Assembly (NCBI RefSeq): GCF_021378375.1
Contig: NZ_CP076228.1
Span: forward strand, 450,001 to 482,000
Reading direction: 5' to 3'
DNA from: Wolbachia endosymbiont of Drosophila innubila
Lineage (GTDB): Bacteria; Pseudomonadota; Alphaproteobacteria; Rickettsiales; Anaplasmataceae
Length of the DNA stretch: 32,000 nt
A program made the translations under genes and the position numbers. A model generated the notes under the pieces. That model saw only the letters and a program-made list of their open reading frames with translations. It did not search any database and had not been told where the DNA came from. Below, piece by piece: positions 30,318 through 32,000 of this stretch (its first letter is position 1; each line of letters opens with the position of its first letter).

Positions 30318-30941
30318 CAGGTCGCTAAAACTAAGGGCTTTGAAAACGCGCACAACTTTATGCTGCTAAGGCTTACTCAAGACAAGCTGATAAATCTGGT
30401 AAATACGTTGATTTAAAGAAGATTTTCTTTATCGCGATTTCAAATTGTACCTTATTCCCTGATAAGCTTGACTATATATCTAGCCATACCATAAGAGATG
30501 AAAACCAATGAGCATGACTTAAAAGATTTTCAATTTATCTTCATAGAGCTGCCAAAATTTCCTAAGAGTAGAGAAGAACAACTAGAAAGTGTAGTAGACC
30601 GTTGGCTATTTTTTTTCAAATATGCAGATGAAACAACGGACGAAGATCTCAGAAAAATTGCGGAAAAATCACCAATAATAAAGCTAGCATATGATGAATT
30701 AGATAAGTTTCACTGGAATGAAAAAGATCTAATAACTTATGAAGAAAGAATAATGGATCTGCGCAAAGAAGAAGCCATTCTTGAATACAGACTTGATCTT
30801 GCTAAAGAGGAAGGTAGAAAAGAGAGGGAAATTGAAGTCGCAAAGAATCTACTTAAAGCAGGTGTTTCTATTGATATCATAGCTCAAACTACTGGTCTTA
30901 CAGCTAATGAAATTAAAGACTTAAGCTCTTTGGATGTTTAG
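30318..30941 (+). pseudogene. 3' exon of Rpn family nuclease gene with 1-nt deletions
   Basis: QVAKTKGFE (frame break) RAQLYAAKAYSRQADKSGKYVDLKKIFFIAISNCTLFPDKL...HTIRDE (frame break) TNEHDLKDFQFIFIELPKFPK... Confidence 0.88.
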
Positions 30942-31481
30942 ATGAACATCTTTGTACTAGATGAAAACCCAGAGATTGCGGCAAAAATGTTATGTGATAA
31001 GCATATAGTAAAAATGCTATTAGAAACTGCTCAGTTACTGAGTAATGTTTTTTCAATAGCATTAAAAGTGCCAAATCCTTTAGTCAGCATCACAGACCAG
31101 AATATAGAAGTTCCATATAAACTTACTCACAAAAACCACCCTTGTTCTCTATGGGCTAGACAATCCAAAGGGAACTTTTTCTGGTTAATAAAATACGGAA
31201 GGGAGCTGTGCAAAGAGTATACTTGGCGATATAAAAGAAAACATAGATCAGAAGAAGTTATAGATTGGTGTGATAGTAATAAGAATTTGCTTGTTTTTCA
31301 ATCAACCGATATAAAGCCTTTTGTACAGGCGTTACCAGATCAATATAAGTCTAGTCATTCAGTAAAAGCTTACAGAGAGTACTACCTAAAAGAAAAGATG
31401 AGGTTTGCTAAGTGGGAAAAGGGTAGAGAAGTACCGGATTGGTTGCTAAGCAGAATCGTACGTCTGAAAAGCCGCAAATAA
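30942..31481 (+). CDS. Uncharacterised 179-aa protein resembling phage/giant-virus hypothetical proteins
   Basis: MNIFVLDENPEIAAKMLCDKHIVKMLLETAQLLSNVF...YKLTHKNHPCSLWARQSKGNFFWLIKYGRELCKEYTWRYKRKHRSEEVIDWC; ATG abuts the TAG of the Rpn 3' exon. Confidence 0.65.
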   Translation: MNIFVLDENPEIAAKMLCDKHIVKMLLETAQLLSNVFSIALKVPNPLVSITDQNIEVPYKLTHKNHPCSLWARQSKGNFFWLIKYGRELCKEYTWRYKRKHRSEEVIDWCDSNKNLLVFQSTDIKPFVQALPDQYKSSHSVKAYREYYLKEKMRFAKWEKGREVPDWLLSRIVRLKSRK

Positions 31482-31930
31482 AAAGAACGCCTTAATTAGT
31501 AGAGAGGAAGGTGCATAAAAACTAAAACATCTTCTCACTTTAACTCTTAATTAGATTTGAGGTAAATCATTAAAATCTCCACTCTTTTAACTGAGTCTGA
31601 TAAAATTTAAAAACGGCAGTTTATTGAATACTTTACATGATTAAACCATTAAAACTCTTCAATTTTACTGAATTGATGGTAATTTCAAGGTATTTGCTGC
31701 TCAAATTTAGATACATGCTAATTTCTCTATTATAAATACTTAAATTATAAACTATTTACTCTTTAATTTTGGTTATTAGTACTGCGATCCAGAGGTATTC
31801 CAACATCACTCACTTCAGAAGAGCAAAGTACTCTGATAATCTGGAATTTCAAAGTAAGGTCTCGATATTACTTCTTTTATAACCTAACGAAAATCTGAGT
31901 TCAGAACATAAAACCAGTCCCTTAATATAA

Positions 31931-32000
31931 CTACTTTGCTGTTCCCTTACTATCATTTACAAAGAAGCCCTTATATTTTTCTACTAAATCTGGTCTTTTC
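31931..32000 (-). CDS. Possible C-terminal end of a gene running off the window (trmD-like tail)
   Basis: Reads ...KRPDLVEKYKGFFVNDSKGTAK*; only ~23 codons visible. Confidence 0.3.
   Translation of the reverse strand, partial: KRPDLVEKYKGFFVNDSKGTAK

Overview
AT-rich alphaproteobacterial window, most consistent with Wolbachia (inference from gene content, the rpsB-tsf-pyrH-frr-uppS-cdsA and coxB-coxA-ctaB orders, Rpn-type nucleases, ankyrin proteins and dense IS remnants). The core genes look ordinary and intact: ygfZ-like, groES-groEL, AsmA-like, rnhA, ctaB-coxA-coxB, C26 peptidase, tRNA-Phe, coaD, CHCC zinc-finger protein, cdsA-uppS-frr-pyrH-tsf-rpsB, tRNA-Asp, yajC and glmS. Two accessory zones stand out. 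(1) About 11.2-18.1 kb: a 25-bp-arm inverted repeat, two oppositely oriented IS3-family copies (~729 bp of shared sequence) bracketing an Rpn nuclease gene and an ankyrin gene with a 150-bp tandem C-terminal repeat broken by a G-run indel, plus a full-length but decayed IS5-family element nested in an IS3 remnant that abuts an IS4-like remnant. (2) About 27.6-31.5 kb: an Rpn gene split exactly between two codons by a 2291-bp group II intron whose domain V can be drawn in canonical 34-nt geometry, but whose RT and host gene carry several 1-nt lesions, followed by a small gene resembling uncharacterised phage/virus proteins. Other points: the C26 peptidase frame reads upstream through a signal peptide to an ATA codon behind a strong Shine-Dalgarno; palindromic mini-repeats sit in intergenic regions, inside a conserved operon, and in frame inside the AsmA-like gene. 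I see no convincing new defence or toxin-antitoxin system and no CRISPR array. The best candidates for novelty are the ankyrin/repeat protein, the ATA-start gene and the phage-like 179-aa gene. Coordinates were counted by hand; boundaries of repeats may be off by 1-2 nt.
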